Below are positions 17,584 to 27,964 of a stretch of 64,000 bases of DNA, piece after piece; the stretch's first letter is position 1; each line of letters opens with the position of its first letter. The translations under genes were made by a program, and so were the position numbers. The stretch is from Fibrobacter sp. (lineage in GTDB: Bacteria; Fibrobacterota; Fibrobacteria; Fibrobacterales; Fibrobacteraceae). The notes under the pieces are model-generated. The model was not told the origin of the DNA, did no database searches, and worked only from the letters and a program-made list of their open reading frames with translations. The DNA is taken from the NCBI GenBank assembly GCA_045131085.1, contig JBGUQN010000004.1:9127-73126 (forward strand), written 5' to 3'.

Positions 17584-18879
17584 TCAATCCCTTACGCATC
17601 GCACAGAAAGTGCAACGCGTTTTGATTGTCCCCCATAACTCATATAAGACGTAGAAAGAGAAATCTGTACGGCAAGCGTATCGTCCTCATCGGCAGCCCA
17701 AAAATGGTCATTGCCATTCGATCCAGAGCTTCCGTCTAAATTATAGGAACGATGCGCCACGTCGTCAAATCCCAACGTGTTGACTTCACTGTCGTTATGA
17801 AGGGACACGAACATATTTACTAAGGCTCTCCATTCCGTAGTATCAGGCAAATGCCACCCTTCAGGGCATACGCTCACCGCATCATTCCAAAAATAGTACC
17901 AATTAGATGAATCGCACATACCAAGTGCGTTCGTATTGCATATTACCGATTCCGTCTTGTACCGCAGATTTTCGTCAAGCCATTCCTGATCCTTCGTAAC
18001 CAGGGTCTTGTAAACCTCGTTATCGCGGCTATCCGTCATCTCACTAAAGGAATACGGAGCCTCACTCGAGCTGGATGCTACCGAAGAACTGGACAGATAC
18101 ATGAAAGAACTAGACCATCCCGTCCAAAGAGGGCCTAGCGACACACCGCCAAATTTCACGCAACGCACCGAAGCGGCGACATCCTTCTTCACAGAAGCAG
18201 TCTTGAAGTTATTGTCGTCATAGGCGTAAATAACGACAGTGTGTTCATTTGAAGAATTTTCCTCTCTCCATTCCTGGCCTTTAAGGTAGTCTTTGGAAGA
18301 GCCTAGCCACAAAGTTCCCGAGAATCCGCCGTTAATAAATTCTCCATTCGCCCTTAATCCTGCAGGCAAAACTGCAAAACCGGCCTCGTCCGAACCGTTT
18401 CCGCCTTTATTCCAGCCCGCAGTAGATTTAAACCTATACCCAATAAGGCCATCTCCGTTAAACCCAAGGTAAGTCTGCCAAAAGAGGTACCACCCCTCGG
18501 GGCAAACCTTTTGTGCTGCAGAATACGTGTAAAGGCGTCCACCCTTCTCGCAGTTCTCGGGAATATCGTCATAGCACCAGGAATTGCCTTTCAGTTCCGG
18601 GACCATCTCGCTATCCGCGAATGCCAAATTCTGAGCCATGATTGTATCTTTCATAAACTCGATGGTCTTATACACACGGCCGTCGCGTTCATCCTTGAAT
18701 TCGCCATAGGCGAAATTCGGATTCAAGTAATCTGCAGCAAGTTTATCGCTATCGTAAAGGCCATCCTTTTCAAAATCAGCAGCCGTCGAAAGCTGGCCCG
18801 GATCGTCTTCGGCACACGCAAGAAGGCACAAAAGCGCAGGCGCCCAAATCAAGGATTTTCTAATCATGTTCATAGTCAT
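17584..18879 (-). CDS. Lipoprotein with two FISUMP (Fibrobacter succinogenes major paralogous) domains
   Basis: Lipobox LLAC; two D.RD..VYKT...(W)MA.NL..CPEGW..SVRCV units separated by a Ser linker; the exact start among MTMNM is uncertain. Confidence 0.85.
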   Translation of the reverse strand: MTMNMIRKSLIWAPALLCLLACAEDDPGQLSTAADFEKDGLYDSDKLAADYLNPNFAYGEFKDERDGRVYKTIEFMKDTIMAQNLAFADSEMVPELKGNSWCYDDIPENCEKGGRLYTYSAAQKVCPEGWYLFWQTYLGFNGDGLIGYRFKSTAGWNKGGNGSDEAGFAVLPAGLRANGEFINGGFSGTLWLGSSKDYLKGQEWREENSSNEHTVVIYAYDDNNFKTASVKKDVAASVRCVKFGGVSLGPLWTGWSSSFMYLSSSSVASSSSEAPYSFSEMTDSRDNEVYKTLVTKDQEWLDENLRYKTESVICNTNALGMCDSSNWYYFWNDAVSVCPEGWHLPDTTEWRALVNMFVSLHNDSEVNTLGFDDVAHRSYNLDGSSGSNGNDHFWAADEDDTLAVQISLSTSYMSYGGQSKRVALSVRCVRD

Positions 18880-21692
18880 TCATCCTTGAGGCAGCGAATA
18901 TTCGCACCAACATCTGCATTCAGGAAATTCAATTCAAATCCCGAAGTAGAATCCGCATAGAACCCCATGTTCACGCTATTTATCCGAGAGTTTGCATTCC
19001 ATGACCAGAAATGCGCAACATTACCCTTTTGATGGACAGTACTATCAGCGGCAAACCAATAACCCGAAGGAATAGCATTCCAGCCATAGGCATCAACACC
19101 TGCGTTTTTCGACCAGCCCTCCGACGACTTTAGCGATGTCCACGCTACAGACGCTCCACCGACAACACCAAAGAGTTTTTCCCAATCAAGCATCGACGGG
19201 ATATGCCAACCTTCGGGGCAAATCCCGCGCACAGGCTCTTTCAAATCGCAGTCACTCCAGCGCGCGCACCCCTTCGCATTTTCGCTAAACACACCCGCCG
19301 TATCGACTGCCGTACTCCAGAAATAGAACCCAGGTTCAAGCGAGCCTTCACTTGCAAATTCCAGATTTTCGGCCATCCATGTCTGCGTCCCGATTTGCAC
19401 AGTCTTGTAGACATGTTCGTCACGTTCATCTTTCAGTGTGCCATAAGTGCATTTATCCTTGTTTCCTGTACGGCAAGCGGGAGCGAGGCTTATGTAAGGT
19501 TCCTGAAGTTCAACCGCTTCCGATACCAGAGCGGAATCCTTGAGGCAGCGAATAGGCAGGCGCGTCGATTTTGCATGGGGCATCAATTTGACCAAGGCAT
19601 AATTATCGCCACCAAAGGCAATCGCGCTGCCAGCAAAACGAGTCGCTTCTGTACGCGCCCAGTAATACGCAGTTTTTTCTCTTTGTGTAGAATAGCGGTC
19701 ACCAGGATTGAATCCCCCGGGCACGGCATCAAAGCCATACGTATCAAAGCCGTTTTCTACCTGCCATCCAGTTTTCGACTTGAGCATGCGATTTGCCGAA
19801 AGCGAATCACCAACCGTTTCGATAAGTTCACGCCATTCTTCTTCAGAAGGCAAGTGCCAGCCCTTCGGGCACATACCGCGACGCACCTCATTGTGCCGGC
19901 AGTAGTAATCATCGACCGAGGTAAAAACACTACTTAAATCCATCGCCTCGTTCCACGTGTAATACATGCCCAGCGAATCGCACACGTCGTCATCATTTTT
20001 GTAGCACGTGGCGTTATACCCCTCAATGGCAGAGTTCAGATTTTCGGCCATCCAGGTTTGCTTGCCGATAGTCACTACCTTGTAGAACTTGTTGTCACGC
20101 ATGTCCTGCAAGTAGCCGCCCTCGGTAACCGAGGAATCTGTTCCCGTATACGATGGGCGCTTGTAATCTAACGTATCGATAGGGCATTCATAAAAGACAG
20201 CCTTTTCGCCCTGGATACACCTGACACTGGCCAGTCCTTTTTCACCCCGGCCATTATATTTCGTTCCATAATTTTGATTGTCAAAATCAAGAGTGTAATA
20301 ATACCCATTACCATCATCATAAACCCAAAGATGAGCATTTTCACCCCTGTTGAAGAAGGAGTCGACTTCAGCACCGATTACACCCCTTCCCGCAGCCAAC
20401 ACATCAAAACCATACAAGTCAAGGCCACTCGCGTCGTGAGCCTCTCCCCCTCTACGATAATCGACCCATGTTTCCTTACCCTTCAAAGTAAGGGCTGAAA
20501 CATCGATATGGTAAATACCAACCACACCATCGAGCCCCGTCAACTTTTTCAGCACCTCATAATTTGCCTTTGTAGGCAGGTGCCAGCCTTCGGGGCACAC
20601 AGAATCCCGAGCAAATTCATACGTGTACAAGCGTCCGTATATTTCACAAAGGGAATCCTCGCGGGCATAGCAAGCCGAAACGGAATCGTTTGCAAGATAA
20701 TCCATATTTTCGGCCATCCATGTATCGTCCCCAATCTTTACGGTACGGTATTCGCGATTGTCACGCGGGTCAACAAAAGTTCCCCTTACCACCTTGGCTG
20801 TATCATAGAGTTCGCCGGCAAGTTTCAGTTCTTCCATCTTGCTCACGCTATCTTCGCGGGCAATCCTTATAACCGAAGTATCTTTCACGCAGCGAACTGA
20901 ATAGCCAAATTCCTTCTTTCTGCCGACAAGGGAAACCTCTTCGCTATCATACGCGAACTTCACCACATTGGCTTCCGAAGACGAAAGGTAATAGTCTTCC
21001 GACGTCGTCCAGAAGCCTCCTTCAAAACCGGCATTGTAGAACCCACTCTTCGCATAGAAACCCGTCGGCAATGCGGTAAAGCCGATAGAATCTAGGCCAT
21101 TGCTATTGAGGCCTCGCCAACCCTTAGTAGACTTGAGAATATCACCTGCAACAGAGTATTTACCATTACCCGCACTCGCGGTCAAGCCCCAATATTCACT
21201 TTTATTCGGGATAACCCAACCTTCGGGGCAAATACCACGCCTCATTGCTGATGTCACGACATACTGTCCCCAGCCCTTATTCAACATATCCGAAGAAAGG
21301 TTCAAAGCAGCGGCCCATGTATAAAGGCGTCCGCCCACCTTGCAGAAGTCCGGTTCGTCGTTATAGCACCAGTTGGCATCCTTGATATTGGGCAAAAGTT
21401 CCGAGTCAGAAAAGTCCAGGTTTTCGGCCATCCACTCAAGGCTATCGATAATTATCGTCCTGTAGACATGCCCGTCGCGCGGGTCGGTCATCTTGCCGTA
21501 TTTCACCTTGGAATTCTTGTAATCACCGGAACTCTTGGCCTGGGTATAGACATCTATGTCGTGTATGGCCGGGTCTTCCATATCGACCGGGCCTGAAGAT
21601 TCTTCGTCGGTACACGCCGCTAAAAACAACACAGACACGGCAATAAATGCCGCACCGAACAAGTTCATTTTTTCCTTCCTATTGCAAATCAT
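18876..21692 (-). CDS. Lipoprotein with four tandem FISUMP domains
   Basis: Lipobox LAAC; four D.RD..Y..V.I...WMAEN..CP.GW..P...(S/P/N)(V/I)RC units. Confidence 0.88.
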   Translation of the reverse strand: MICNRKEKMNLFGAAFIAVSVLFLAACTDEESSGPVDMEDPAIHDIDVYTQAKSSGDYKNSKVKYGKMTDPRDGHVYRTIIIDSLEWMAENLDFSDSELLPNIKDANWCYNDEPDFCKVGGRLYTWAAALNLSSDMLNKGWGQYVVTSAMRRGICPEGWVIPNKSEYWGLTASAGNGKYSVAGDILKSTKGWRGLNSNGLDSIGFTALPTGFYAKSGFYNAGFEGGFWTTSEDYYLSSSEANVVKFAYDSEEVSLVGRKKEFGYSVRCVKDTSVIRIAREDSVSKMEELKLAGELYDTAKVVRGTFVDPRDNREYRTVKIGDDTWMAENMDYLANDSVSACYAREDSLCEIYGRLYTYEFARDSVCPEGWHLPTKANYEVLKKLTGLDGVVGIYHIDVSALTLKGKETWVDYRRGGEAHDASGLDLYGFDVLAAGRGVIGAEVDSFFNRGENAHLWVYDDGNGYYYTLDFDNQNYGTKYNGRGEKGLASVRCIQGEKAVFYECPIDTLDYKRPSYTGTDSSVTEGGYLQDMRDNKFYKVVTIGKQTWMAENLNSAIEGYNATCYKNDDDVCDSLGMYYTWNEAMDLSSVFTSVDDYYCRHNEVRRGMCPKGWHLPSEEEWRELIETVGDSLSANRMLKSKTGWQVENGFDTYGFDAVPGGFNPGDRYSTQREKTAYYWARTEATRFAGSAIAFGGDNYALVKLMPHAKSTRLPIRCLKDSALVSEAVELQEPYISLAPACRTGNKDKCTYGTLKDERDEHVYKTVQIGTQTWMAENLEFASEGSLEPGFYFWSTAVDTAGVFSENAKGCARWSDCDLKEPVRGICPEGWHIPSMLDWEKLFGVVGGASVAWTSLKSSEGWSKNAGVDAYGWNAIPSGYWFAADSTVHQKGNVAHFWSWNANSRINSVNMGFYADSTSGFELNFLNADVGANIRCLKDE

Positions 21693-21710
21693 CGTTTTCC
21701 CCTAAAAAAG

Positions 21711-22544
21711 TCAACTTTGCAGTACAAACTTCTCAATAACCTCGGTAATTCCCGAATGGTTGTTATCGCTTACGGTCACGTAGTCGGCAATGTCCTTCGC
21801 CACCTGCGAAGCGTTCGCCATTGCGACACCGACACCTGCCGCCTCTATCATCGGGCAATCGTTTTCCTCGTCACCCACCGCAATCGTATCGGCAACCGGC
21901 ACATTGTAGAAGTCGGCCATGAACCGCACCGCATCGCCCTTGTTGCTCTGCATGTGCGAAAACTCGAGCATCTCAGGCTTGCTGAAAACATCAAAGAGTT
22001 TGCCCTCGGTAGTCTTCCGCATCTCGGCGCGGAAATCCACGAGGCCCGAATGTTCGAAAGGCGTAATGATGTTCACCTTGATGGGCGGCTTCACCACGAC
22101 ATTGACGAACTCGCCGTAATACTCGCGGATGTCCTTCACCACCACATAATCCATCTTCATCAGGCGGCAATACGTCTTGAGCTGTTCCGTCTCGTATTCC
22201 GAAACAACGAGGTCGCCCGAGTAGGTGTGCGCGTGCATCCCGCGGGCGTGTGCGGCATCCATGATGGCCTTGACCTCGTCGACGGGAATGTAGCGCGTGA
22301 GAATCGGCTTCTTTTCGCCGCAATCGTAGATGAGCCCGCCGTTGAAACTCACGAGAAAAAATCCCGGTTCCAGGAACCCGTACTGCTCCGCCAATTGCTT
22401 CACGCTCGTGAGCGGCCGGCCCGTAGTCATCACGAACTTGTGGCCTGCATCAATCATCGCGCGGATAGAACGCATGTCGGTTTCCGAAATGCGCTTGTCG
22501 TCGGTCAATAGCGTGCCGTCAAGGTCTGTGAACAGAATTTTCAT
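21711..22544 (-). CDS. Cof-type HAD-IIB hydrolase
   Basis: TDLDGTLL, TTGR, NKG, GDEENDCPMI..AGVGVAMANA. Confidence 0.92.
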   Translation of the reverse strand: MKILFTDLDGTLLTDDKRISETDMRSIRAMIDAGHKFVMTTGRPLTSVKQLAEQYGFLEPGFFLVSFNGGLIYDCGEKKPILTRYIPVDEVKAIMDAAHARGMHAHTYSGDLVVSEYETEQLKTYCRLMKMDYVVVKDIREYYGEFVNVVVKPPIKVNIITPFEHSGLVDFRAEMRKTTEGKLFDVFSKPEMLEFSHMQSNKGDAVRFMADFYNVPVADTIAVGDEENDCPMIEAAGVGVAMANASQVAKDIADYVTVSDNNHSGITEVIEKFVLQS

Positions 22545-22701
22545 CTTTCCCTAATATAGTATTCAAATAGGGACAAAATAGCGGTATAACGCAAAATACC
22601 GCCCAGCGGGCGATATCAGGCGATAAAGTGCAGGATTATGGAATTAGTCCTGGGTTGTCTTCGAAGCAAACATATTAGTAAGACGAAGACATTGTTACAG
22701 A

Positions 22702-25071
22702 TTAGAAGAATATATTCCCGAAGCGGACGATGACGCCGGCGAACACGACGCTCACCATAGTCATGAGCTTGATGAGGATGTTGAGCGAGGGGCCCGCGGT
22801 ATCCTTGAACGGGTCGCCCACGGTATCGCCCACCACGGCAGCCTTGTGCGTATCGGAGCCCTTGCCGCCATGGTGACCCTTCTCGACATATTTCTTCGCG
22901 TTATCCCAGGCGCCGCCCGCATTATTGAGCATAGTGGCAAGTGCAAACCCGCAGGCAAGCCCACCGGCCAACAGGCCGAACACGCCAGCGACACCCATAA
23001 AGAGGCCAACCAACACAGGCACGATTACCGCAAGGAGCGAAGGAATAATCATTTCGTGTTGGGCTCCCGTAGTCGAAATGTCTACGCAACGGGCATAATC
23101 CGGGTCGTGTGTTCCTTCCATAATTCCAGGAATCTCGCGGAACTGGCGGCGGACTTCCTCGACCATGGCGCTTGCGGCTCGTCCGACAGCCTTGATAGTG
23201 AGGGCACAGAACACGAAAGCCATCATCGCGCCGATAAAGAGCCCGCCAAGCAACATGGGATTCATCAGGTTGAGGTTATAAATCTGCATAAAGTCGGTGT
23301 AATCGGCGCGGCTAGCCACCATGCCCACGAGGCTACCATTCTCGGCGATGGCTCGCGTACCTTCATCGAGTAGTTTTACACCGCTTATATCCGACACCGC
23401 AGCAGCAAGGTCACTAGCCTTGTTCACGAAGGCAACGGAGCCCACCTTCCACACACCTTCCGCAGACGTGGCAAGGTGGCCAATCCATATCTTGACTTCT
23501 TCCACATACGAGGCAAGCAAAGCCATCGCCGTAAGTGCCGCCGACCCGATGGCAAAGCCCTTGCCGGTCGCCGCCGTCGTGTTCCCGAGCATGTCGAGTT
23601 CGTCGGTACGGGAACGCACCTCCGGATCGAGGCCCGCCATTTCGGCGTTGCCGCCCGCATTGTCGGCAATAGGCCCGAACGCATCGGTCGCAAGCGTAAT
23701 GCCAAGGGTACTCAGCATGCCGACAGCAGCAAAGCCCACGCCATAAAGGCCCATCGCCATGTTGCTAAATCCACCCGCACACCCGAAGGCGGCGACAATG
23801 CCTGCGACAATCGTAATCACGGGGAGCCCTGTCGAGAACATGCCCACAGAAATGCCATCAATAATCGTCGTCGCGGCCCCGAGTTTTGCCTGGCCCGCAA
23901 TGCCACGCGTAGGCTTGTACGCATCAGACGTGTAGTATTCAGTAAACTGGCCAATCATCACGCCGGCAGCGAGGCCCGAAAGCACCGAGCCGAAAATACC
24001 CATCGAAATAAAGTCGAGCCGCACCAGCGCATAGATAGCCACAAGGATAAGCACAGAAGAGCCTAGCGTCCCTGTCAATAGCGAGCGCAGCAGGGACTTG
24101 GTATTCGCATCTTCGTGGGTTCGCACCATAAAGATACCGAACACCGAAAGTACAATCCCGATGGCAGCAACAATCATCGGTGCAATCACGAGCTTGAGCC
24201 CGCCCATCGGGAGGGCCGCGCCTAACGCCGCCGTAGAAAGGATAGACCCGCAATAGGATTCGTAAAGGTCCGCGCCCATGCCGGCAACGTCGCCGACGTT
24301 ATCGCCCACGTTGTCCGCGATGGTCGCCGGGTTGCGCGGGTCGTCTTCGGGGATGCCCGCTTCCACCTTGCCCACGAGATCGGCACCGACATCGGCAGCC
24401 TTCGTATAAATGCCTCCGCCCACACGAGCAAACAGGGCCTGCAGGGATGCACCCATCCCGAAGGTAAGCATAGTCGTAGTGATTTCCACCATCTTCGCAT
24501 GGGCCCATTCAGCGTTATTCACCATGTCGGCAGTCCAGGCCCCAAGCGAAACCTTGGCTGCGACGTCGGCCCCGAAATTCCACACGTTATGATCGTAAAT
24601 GTAGTTGAGCAAAAAGAACCAGGCCGAAATATCGAGCAGGCCAAAGCCCACGACCACAAGCCCCATCACCGCACCGCTGCGGAAAGCGATGACAAGCCCG
24701 CGGTTCAGGCTGCTGATGGCGCCGTTCGCCGTACGGGAACTCGCATAAGTCGCAGTCTTCATGCCGAGGAACCCGCACAAGCCGCTGAAGAAACCGCCCG
24801 TCAAGAACGCCACCGGCACGAACGGGTTCTGGATGCCCATTATGGCAAGCACCACGAAAACTAAGAAAAGGACGGCAAAAACGATGGAAACCGTCTTGTA
24901 CTGCCGCCGGAGGTAGGCAAACGCCCCAACGCGCACAAAATGCGCAATAGCCTTCATCTTGCGGTTGCCGTCGGGTTGTCGCTTCATGAATCGGTAAAAG
25001 AACAGAGCCATTCCCAGCGCAAACAATGCTGCAACCGGGACCAAATACCAATAAGCTGGAATCGTAAGCAT
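22702..25071 (-). CDS. hppA: Membrane-integral cation-translocating pyrophosphatase (K+-dependent; probably Na+ or Na+,H+ type)
   Basis: GGGIYTKAADVGADLVGKVEAGIPEDDPRNPATIADNVGDNVGD, DAFGPIADNAGG, GNTTAA, GGAWDNAKK, GDTVGDPFKDT. Confidence 0.95.
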   Translation of the reverse strand: MLTIPAYWYLVPVAALFALGMALFFYRFMKRQPDGNRKMKAIAHFVRVGAFAYLRRQYKTVSIVFAVLFLVFVVLAIMGIQNPFVPVAFLTGGFFSGLCGFLGMKTATYASSRTANGAISSLNRGLVIAFRSGAVMGLVVVGFGLLDISAWFFLLNYIYDHNVWNFGADVAAKVSLGAWTADMVNNAEWAHAKMVEITTTMLTFGMGASLQALFARVGGGIYTKAADVGADLVGKVEAGIPEDDPRNPATIADNVGDNVGDVAGMGADLYESYCGSILSTAALGAALPMGGLKLVIAPMIVAAIGIVLSVFGIFMVRTHEDANTKSLLRSLLTGTLGSSVLILVAIYALVRLDFISMGIFGSVLSGLAAGVMIGQFTEYYTSDAYKPTRGIAGQAKLGAATTIIDGISVGMFSTGLPVITIVAGIVAAFGCAGGFSNMAMGLYGVGFAAVGMLSTLGITLATDAFGPIADNAGGNAEMAGLDPEVRSRTDELDMLGNTTAATGKGFAIGSAALTAMALLASYVEEVKIWIGHLATSAEGVWKVGSVAFVNKASDLAAAVSDISGVKLLDEGTRAIAENGSLVGMVASRADYTDFMQIYNLNLMNPMLLGGLFIGAMMAFVFCALTIKAVGRAASAMVEEVRRQFREIPGIMEGTHDPDYARCVDISTTGAQHEMIIPSLLAVIVPVLVGLFMGVAGVFGLLAGGLACGFALATMLNNAGGAWDNAKKYVEKGHHGGKGSDTHKAAVVGDTVGDPFKDTAGPSLNILIKLMTMVSVVFAGVIVRFGNIFF

Positions 25072-25177
25072 AGAGGCCTCTCTTTGCTAGATTTTGGCCG
25101 GCGTCCGACGACCTTATAAAGAAATCTATAACGAAAATCGTAGAAAGGAACCTAATTTTTGTTTAAATTTACACTCC

Positions 25178-25975
25178 ATGTTGGAAAGTCTCAATTTCCA
25201 TTTTGAATTCTACGACTGGCTGCTCGTTTTTATGGTCACGGCACTCGGTGTTTTCAGCGCCTATACCCGCGACCCCCAGCTCAAGGCAGTCGCCGCCACG
25301 ATTCCCATCCCCTGCGGATTCGCCTATATCGCCGTCGGGCTCCCCATGGGTACCGCGAACGCCATTTCGGGGTTCATGTGCCTCCTATACGTGCATATCG
25401 TGAGAATTTTGCACTACAAAGTAAAAATCCCGATTATCCCCTCCATTGCCGCGGGGCTAGCCTTCTTTGTGGCACTCGGGACATTCCTTATGCCCAGAAT
25501 CCCGGACGGGGAACCCTACTTTATCGGGGCGTGCGTTTTTGACTTTGCCGTAGGCGTAATCCTGTTCCAGACGCAAAAGTACAAGTCCGGCGTACGCTAC
25601 AAGACACCGCTCCCCGTCTACATCAAGGCACCGGCCATCGCCGGCGTCGTTTCGGGCCTCATGGTCATCAAGCGCCTCATGGGCGGGTTCTGCACGAGTT
25701 TCCCGATGATGAACTCCATCGTAAGCTACGAAAGCCGCTATTCGCTGGGCGACCAGTGCAGGCAGCTCCCTCTGTTCCTCATTGCCGGGCCGTTCATGTT
25801 CGCCGAGATGCGCTACCTGGAGATTTTGCTGCACCTGAACCACTGGATTGTACTGCTTTGCGGCTACGCCCTGTTCGCATGCATCTACTGGCCGCTGAAC
25901 CAGGAACTCAAGCGCAGGAATGCCCGCGCCAGCGAGAAATATTCTGCAGAAAACGCGCCTCACACCCCCCATTAG
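25178..25975 (+). CDS. Multi-pass membrane protein of unknown function
   Basis: Many hydrophobic segments; start reassigned to ATG 25178, just after a TAAATT promoter-like element. Confidence 0.7.
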   Translation: MLESLNFHFEFYDWLLVFMVTALGVFSAYTRDPQLKAVAATIPIPCGFAYIAVGLPMGTANAISGFMCLLYVHIVRILHYKVKIPIIPSIAAGLAFFVALGTFLMPRIPDGEPYFIGACVFDFAVGVILFQTQKYKSGVRYKTPLPVYIKAPAIAGVVSGLMVIKRLMGGFCTSFPMMNSIVSYESRYSLGDQCRQLPLFLIAGPFMFAEMRYLEILLHLNHWIVLLCGYALFACIYWPLNQELKRRNARASEKYSAENAPHTPH

Positions 25976-26081
25976 CACCCAAACAGGTGTTTTGGGGCAT
26001 TATTTGCCAAAGTTTTACTTGTAAATTGGCCGTCAAATAATTACATATTCAAGAAAGAATGGTAGCACCACGAGGAGCCCT

Positions 26082-27197
26082 ATGAAAAAATTTGCATTAC
26101 TTCCGATTTCCCTGTTTGCCGCCCTCGCCATCACAGCCTGCGGCGATGACAAATCCAGTAGCCCTGTCGGCCCCGAAGGCGGCAGCCAACCCGCCCTTTC
26201 TTCGGAAGCGCTTCCCGGTTCCTCGGAATCGGTTCCGGCTTCATCTACAATCGAGCCGACCTCCTCGGAAACTCTGCCCCCCTCTTCCGCTGTCGAACCG
26301 GGTTCCTCCGCCAGCGTGCCGCCGGTATCTTCCGCTGTAGACACGACTCCGGTTGAATTCACGACTGACGCCGTCGCCGTCCCCGACATGGGATGCACTA
26401 CCGAACCCCTCACTGTCGCTTCGGGCGTCAAGGTTACCTGCGACGGGAAATTCGCCGGCAACGTCCAGGATGACGAAGACCCGACCCCGTTTGACCCGAA
26501 CGCAGCCGCCTACACAAGCTTCGTCGGCATCCAGAAAATCTACGAGTCCCTCGAGGCCACCGACAAGGTCGTGTTCCTCCTGCGCCACGCCCACCGTACC
26601 GCCTCCACCGACTCGACGGGCGTCCTCACCGGCAAGGGATACGTTCAGGCCGACCGCGTTGGCCAGCACATCGCCGGAACCGAAGAAATCAAGTACTGGC
26701 ATTCCGAAATTGCTCGCACACTGCAGACCTGCATGGCCATTGCACAGGGCCGCGGCCAAACAGAAATCACGCATACCGCTCTCAAGGACCTGAACGGCGG
26801 CTGGTTCGAAAAAGACCACGCCAAGATCGAGGAGTTCTACGCCAACGAGCCCACCAGCTATGACGTCGTTTCGCGCTGGGCATACAACGACTACCTTGAC
26901 CCCGCCACGACCTACAATGAAGGCTACTACGACCTGATGGAACGCGGCGCCCAGTTCATGAACGATATCGTCATTGCAAAGATTGCCCCGCAGAGCCGTA
27001 TCAGCATCGTCGTTTCGCACGACCAGATGCTCTACCCGCTCACCATTTTCGCAACCAACAGGGCGCTGGAAATGAAGCACCACGAAGACAAGAGCTGGCT
27101 GAACTTCCTCGCCGGTGTCGCCGTGATTATCAAGGCCGACGGTACCGTCAAGTACGTGCCGGTCAAGGGCCTCGACGAAGGCACAATGTCTAGCTAG
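26082..27197 (+). CDS. Lipoprotein with a histidine-phosphatase superfamily domain
   Basis: Lipobox ITAC; Ser/Pro linker; LLRHA, LTGKG..QA, RTLQT, VVSHD; RBS GAGGAG. Confidence 0.8.
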   Translation: MKKFALLPISLFAALAITACGDDKSSSPVGPEGGSQPALSSEALPGSSESVPASSTIEPTSSETLPPSSAVEPGSSASVPPVSSAVDTTPVEFTTDAVAVPDMGCTTEPLTVASGVKVTCDGKFAGNVQDDEDPTPFDPNAAAYTSFVGIQKIYESLEATDKVVFLLRHAHRTASTDSTGVLTGKGYVQADRVGQHIAGTEEIKYWHSEIARTLQTCMAIAQGRGQTEITHTALKDLNGGWFEKDHAKIEEFYANEPTSYDVVSRWAYNDYLDPATTYNEGYYDLMERGAQFMNDIVIAKIAPQSRISIVVSHDQMLYPLTIFATNRALEMKHHEDKSWLNFLAGVAVIIKADGTVKYVPVKGLDEGTMSS

Positions 27198-27229
27198 TTC
27201 AGGGCATGCACAACCTGAATCGCTAACGA

Positions 27230-27910
27230 ATGGATTCCTACAACTTCAAGGTCATCGCCCGCATAAAAAGCGACTTCCCCGAAAAATTCGGGATACCCCG
27301 CCAAAGCGGGCTTGTTCCTTCTTTGCGTGCAGCCATAAAGTTTGAACCCGAATTCAGGAACGCCGATGCACTGCGCGGGCTAGAAGGGTTCAGCCACCTG
27401 TGGCTCATCTGGATATTCTCCGAAAACGTGCGGGACACGTGGCACCCGACCGTGCGCCCCCCGAGGCTAGGCGGGAACACCAGGCTCGGGGTTTTTGCCA
27501 CAAGGAGCAGTTTTCGCCCGAACCCCATCGCGATGAGTTGCGTGAAGATAGAAGAGGTGCGCTTGGATGGGCCCGAGGGGCCGGAAATTATCGTGAGCGG
27601 AGCCGACCTTATGGACGGCACTCCCATCATCGATATCAAGCCCTACCTGCCTTATGCGGACAGTGTTCCCGATGCGAAGGGCGGGTTTGCGGAAGCGCGC
27701 CGGTACGACTGTCTGCAGGTGGAAATCGCACCCGAGATTGCACGCCTAGTACCGAAAGGCAAGTTCGATGCCCTCGTCGAGATTTTGCGGCAGGACCCGC
27801 GCCCGCACTACCAGGACGATCCCGAAAGGATTTATGGGCTATCCTTCGCCGGTAAGAACTTCAAGTTCAAGGTTGCCGGCGAAACGCTCACCGTCATCGC
27901 CGTAGAATAA
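27230..27910 (+). CDS. tsaA: tRNA (m6t6A37) methyltransferase TrmO/TsaA
   Basis: KFGIPRQSG, GLEGFSHLW, TVRPPRLGGN..GVFATRS.FRPN, GADLMDGTPIIDIKPY, QDPRP.Y. Confidence 0.93.
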   Translation: MDSYNFKVIARIKSDFPEKFGIPRQSGLVPSLRAAIKFEPEFRNADALRGLEGFSHLWLIWIFSENVRDTWHPTVRPPRLGGNTRLGVFATRSSFRPNPIAMSCVKIEEVRLDGPEGPEIIVSGADLMDGTPIIDIKPYLPYADSVPDAKGGFAEARRYDCLQVEIAPEIARLVPKGKFDALVEILRQDPRPHYQDDPERIYGLSFAGKNFKFKVAGETLTVIAVE

Positions 27911-27936
27911 AAAATACCCGGGGCAACCACCCCGGG
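27909..27936 (-). terminator. Intrinsic terminator downstream of the CE6 gene
   Basis: CCCGGGG/CCCCGGG stem with an A-run on the left (U-tract on the minus strand). Confidence 0.7.
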
Positions 27937-27964
27937 CACATACTCATCCAGATATCATTCTGGT

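Noticed and set aside
14956-17625. Long antisense ORFs (also 11026-12441, 34765-36981, 54776-57163, 62028-63404 and others)
   Set aside because: They are shadow frames of well-supported GC-rich genes, with no recognisable motifs.
17584-21692. Diversity-generating retroelement targeting the FISUMP or FGE-like domains
   Set aside because: No reverse transcriptase gene, and I saw no template/variable repeat pair differing only at adenines.
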